A DNA stretch of 64,000 bases, taken from NCBI GenBank assembly GCA_976226885.1, contig OZ320317.1, forward strand, positions 3,100,001 through 3,164,000. Direction: 5' to 3'. Below the pieces are notes generated by a model. The model had not been told where the DNA came from. It worked only from the letters and a program-made list of their open reading frames with translations, and did not search any database. This document shows, piece by piece, positions 62,053 to 64,000 of the stretch (position 1 is the stretch's first letter; every line of letters begins with the position of its first letter). Position numbers and translations under genes: made by a program. Source of the stretch: Iphione sp. A-MEVVRFRX5. Its lineage: Eukaryota.

Positions 62053-63845
62053 TCAGAGACAGGGTTTCTCCAGCACTGGCTGTAGAAGGATTTGGGGAAT
62101 TAGACCCGCCTCCCGAGTTAATTGTGATTGGAGAGACCCCTGGGATGCTGCACCTGAATTTGGCCTGGGACTACCAGACCTTTGGCTGGACAAAAACCTT
62201 CTCCAATGCCCCTTACTCCAAAAACAGCAATAGCAACAACTACATAGCTTTAAGGTTAAGCTTAACCCTCCGATAACCCACATAACAGTTGACAATGGTG
62301 AGGTGCCTGGCATTAAAGGATTACAAGCAACCTTATCATAGAGCGTATTAATTCGTTGCACGATGCCTTCAATGTCGGTCTCCGAGAAGTCTGGTAGGGG
62401 CTGCAGTGGCCCCAAACGGTTTGGAGCAGGAGGGAGCTCAATCCAATTCAGTTACCAACAACTTCACTGGGAGCTCAATGGGGTCTCTTTCTACCTTGTA
62501 TTCATTTTGTTAATTTGTTAATTGATTATAATACGTAGGCAGTGACATTTCATCCCCACTACTCCACATCCGTAAGGCGAATGGAGCAGGAACATTATGG
62601 GGATAAGTACTATCATTAACACACTGTATTCCTATCGCAAGCATAACTGGAGTAGTTACAACCCAGTTCCCTTGATCGAGATACTTAGCTTGCGGCATAG
62701 TTAGTCCACTCAAAACGCTACGTGTACAGAGCGCGGACACTTGTTTTACCTCTTGACAGTAGATAGCAAGGACACAGTAGAAGTGAAGATTGAGTTCATA
62801 CACTGGTGATGACACTTGGCAGGAATCTTCGTGCAGATGGCAATGAACCAGTTCCTCAGGGGTAACAATGGCATAGCGATGACGGTCACTTGTGATGCCA
62901 AAATACTTGAACTCTAAATCAAACTTAATAGCTCGTCCATAGGGCATGGGAACAGGAATGTTTTCAGCTTCATAAATGGTATAAGACGCAACAGGATCAG
63001 TGAGTCGAATCATAATTGACGTAATTATCCAGCCCTCAAAGATGAAAGTTGTGGCCAGTAGGGTGCTGTAATAACTCCGAACATTGGTTACGGGATATGG
63101 CAGCCGTAATTGGGCCGGCATAGTCATGGGAATCCCCTGCAACTCTGTAGCTGGGAGCACCTGGGGGGTCAATTGGCCTCCTAATAAATGATCAATACGG
63201 GCTTCCAGATGGGCTACAGAGGTCTCCCAAGTGTCCAAACAGTACTCATACCCAGAATAAAAACGTTCACCATTGGGTATACTGTAAATATGCCATATCT
63301 CTCAGGTAGTAATGTCAGTCATGGTGTGGACAGCTTCCCATAAATCAATTTCAACTACCTTAGGTGTTTTTAACATGTCATTGATATGTTGACAGTTCCG
63401 GCTGGCATCAACATGAGTCTGATTAATCACCGTCTTTATGTCCTTCATGATGGTCAGAGTCTCCAGCTGTTTGTATACCCGTTGCTTAATTACGTGGATT
63501 TCGTTTCCCACTACTCCAAACCCAGAAGCGGTTCCAGCCACTAACACTACACCTCCCAAGGCAGCTAACACAACAGCCGGGCTGCGTCTTGGTCTGGTAC
63601 GATTGTAGCATCCAAATATGTCCACTCATTCTACCCGTTCTTCCTGAAAGTGCCTGGCACACTCCTCGGTGCCAAGTTTCGTTATATTATCCAAACGTGT
63701 TATTCCCTGTTGAATTCGTGCCTGCAAAATTTCCACTCAGTCCAGTTGAGATCTCATTATTGATTACCGTAAATTTGCCAAGGGGGTATTAGACTGTAGG
63801 TTGTAGCAACCCGTACCTTGTACAATTCAATTCTCAAGACACCTC
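62053..63845 (-). pseudogene. env: Envelope-like class I fusion glycoprotein (baculovirus-F/errantivirus-like), decayed
   Basis: Furin-type RPRR-S (63595-63584), hydrophobic AVVLAALGGVVLVAGTASGFGVV, heptad region, Cys-rich ectodomain (CHL..SC..C..YC..C), TM plus Cys cluster VMWVIGGLSLTLKLCSCCYCCFW, cytoplasmic tail; several stops and frameshifts. Confidence 0.78.
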
Positions 63846-63854
63846 ATTTTCCAC

Positions 63855-64000
63855 TTTGATTTTGATTTTGATTTTGATTCTTTTATTTCTGAAGGTGATC
63901 GTACAATAATTGTATTCCGGCTTCAGATTTTTGTACAGATGACAGATACATATGAGTTAAAGAGATGACATAAAGTGAAATCAAATAGTTACTTATAAGG
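63855..64000 (-). mobile_element. 3' tail of a LINE inserted into the env 5' region
   Basis: On minus, AATAAA is followed by (AAAATC)n at 63888-63855, directly abutting the env frame. Confidence 0.6.

Overview
Eukaryotic (metazoan, probably invertebrate) genomic DNA made almost entirely of nested, mostly decayed transposons, plus one broken host immune-type gene. No bacterial genes, rRNA, intact tRNA or CRISPR array are supported. Main contents: (i) a 7.3-kb Penelope-like element (7198-14514, minus) with the partial-tandem pLTR layout, hammerhead cores and one ~1660-codon RT/GIY-YIG frame broken only by three TGA codons; it sits in the 3' UTR of a LINE that itself sits in a GA tract; (ii) three tyrosine-recombinase retroelements of Ngaro type: an internally deleted mini-element (16926-18183), a near-complete copy (24437-28773) and an older relative into which that copy is inserted; (iii) an NLR-like LRR pseudogene split by a solo LTR; (iv) a purine-rich satellite; (v) a decayed Gypsy, a young pol-deleted Gypsy (44769-52033) carrying many copies of a 14-bp palindrome, and the 3' part of an env-bearing LTR element; (vi) several LINE fragments and TA-flanked MITEs. 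The most interesting signals are a phase-matched splice donor/acceptor pair, present in two diverged Ngaro elements, that would fuse the ORF1 N-terminus to the recombinase, and the CTGYGG-NN-CCRCAG palindrome system of the young Gypsy. All calls are by eye; no database search was run.
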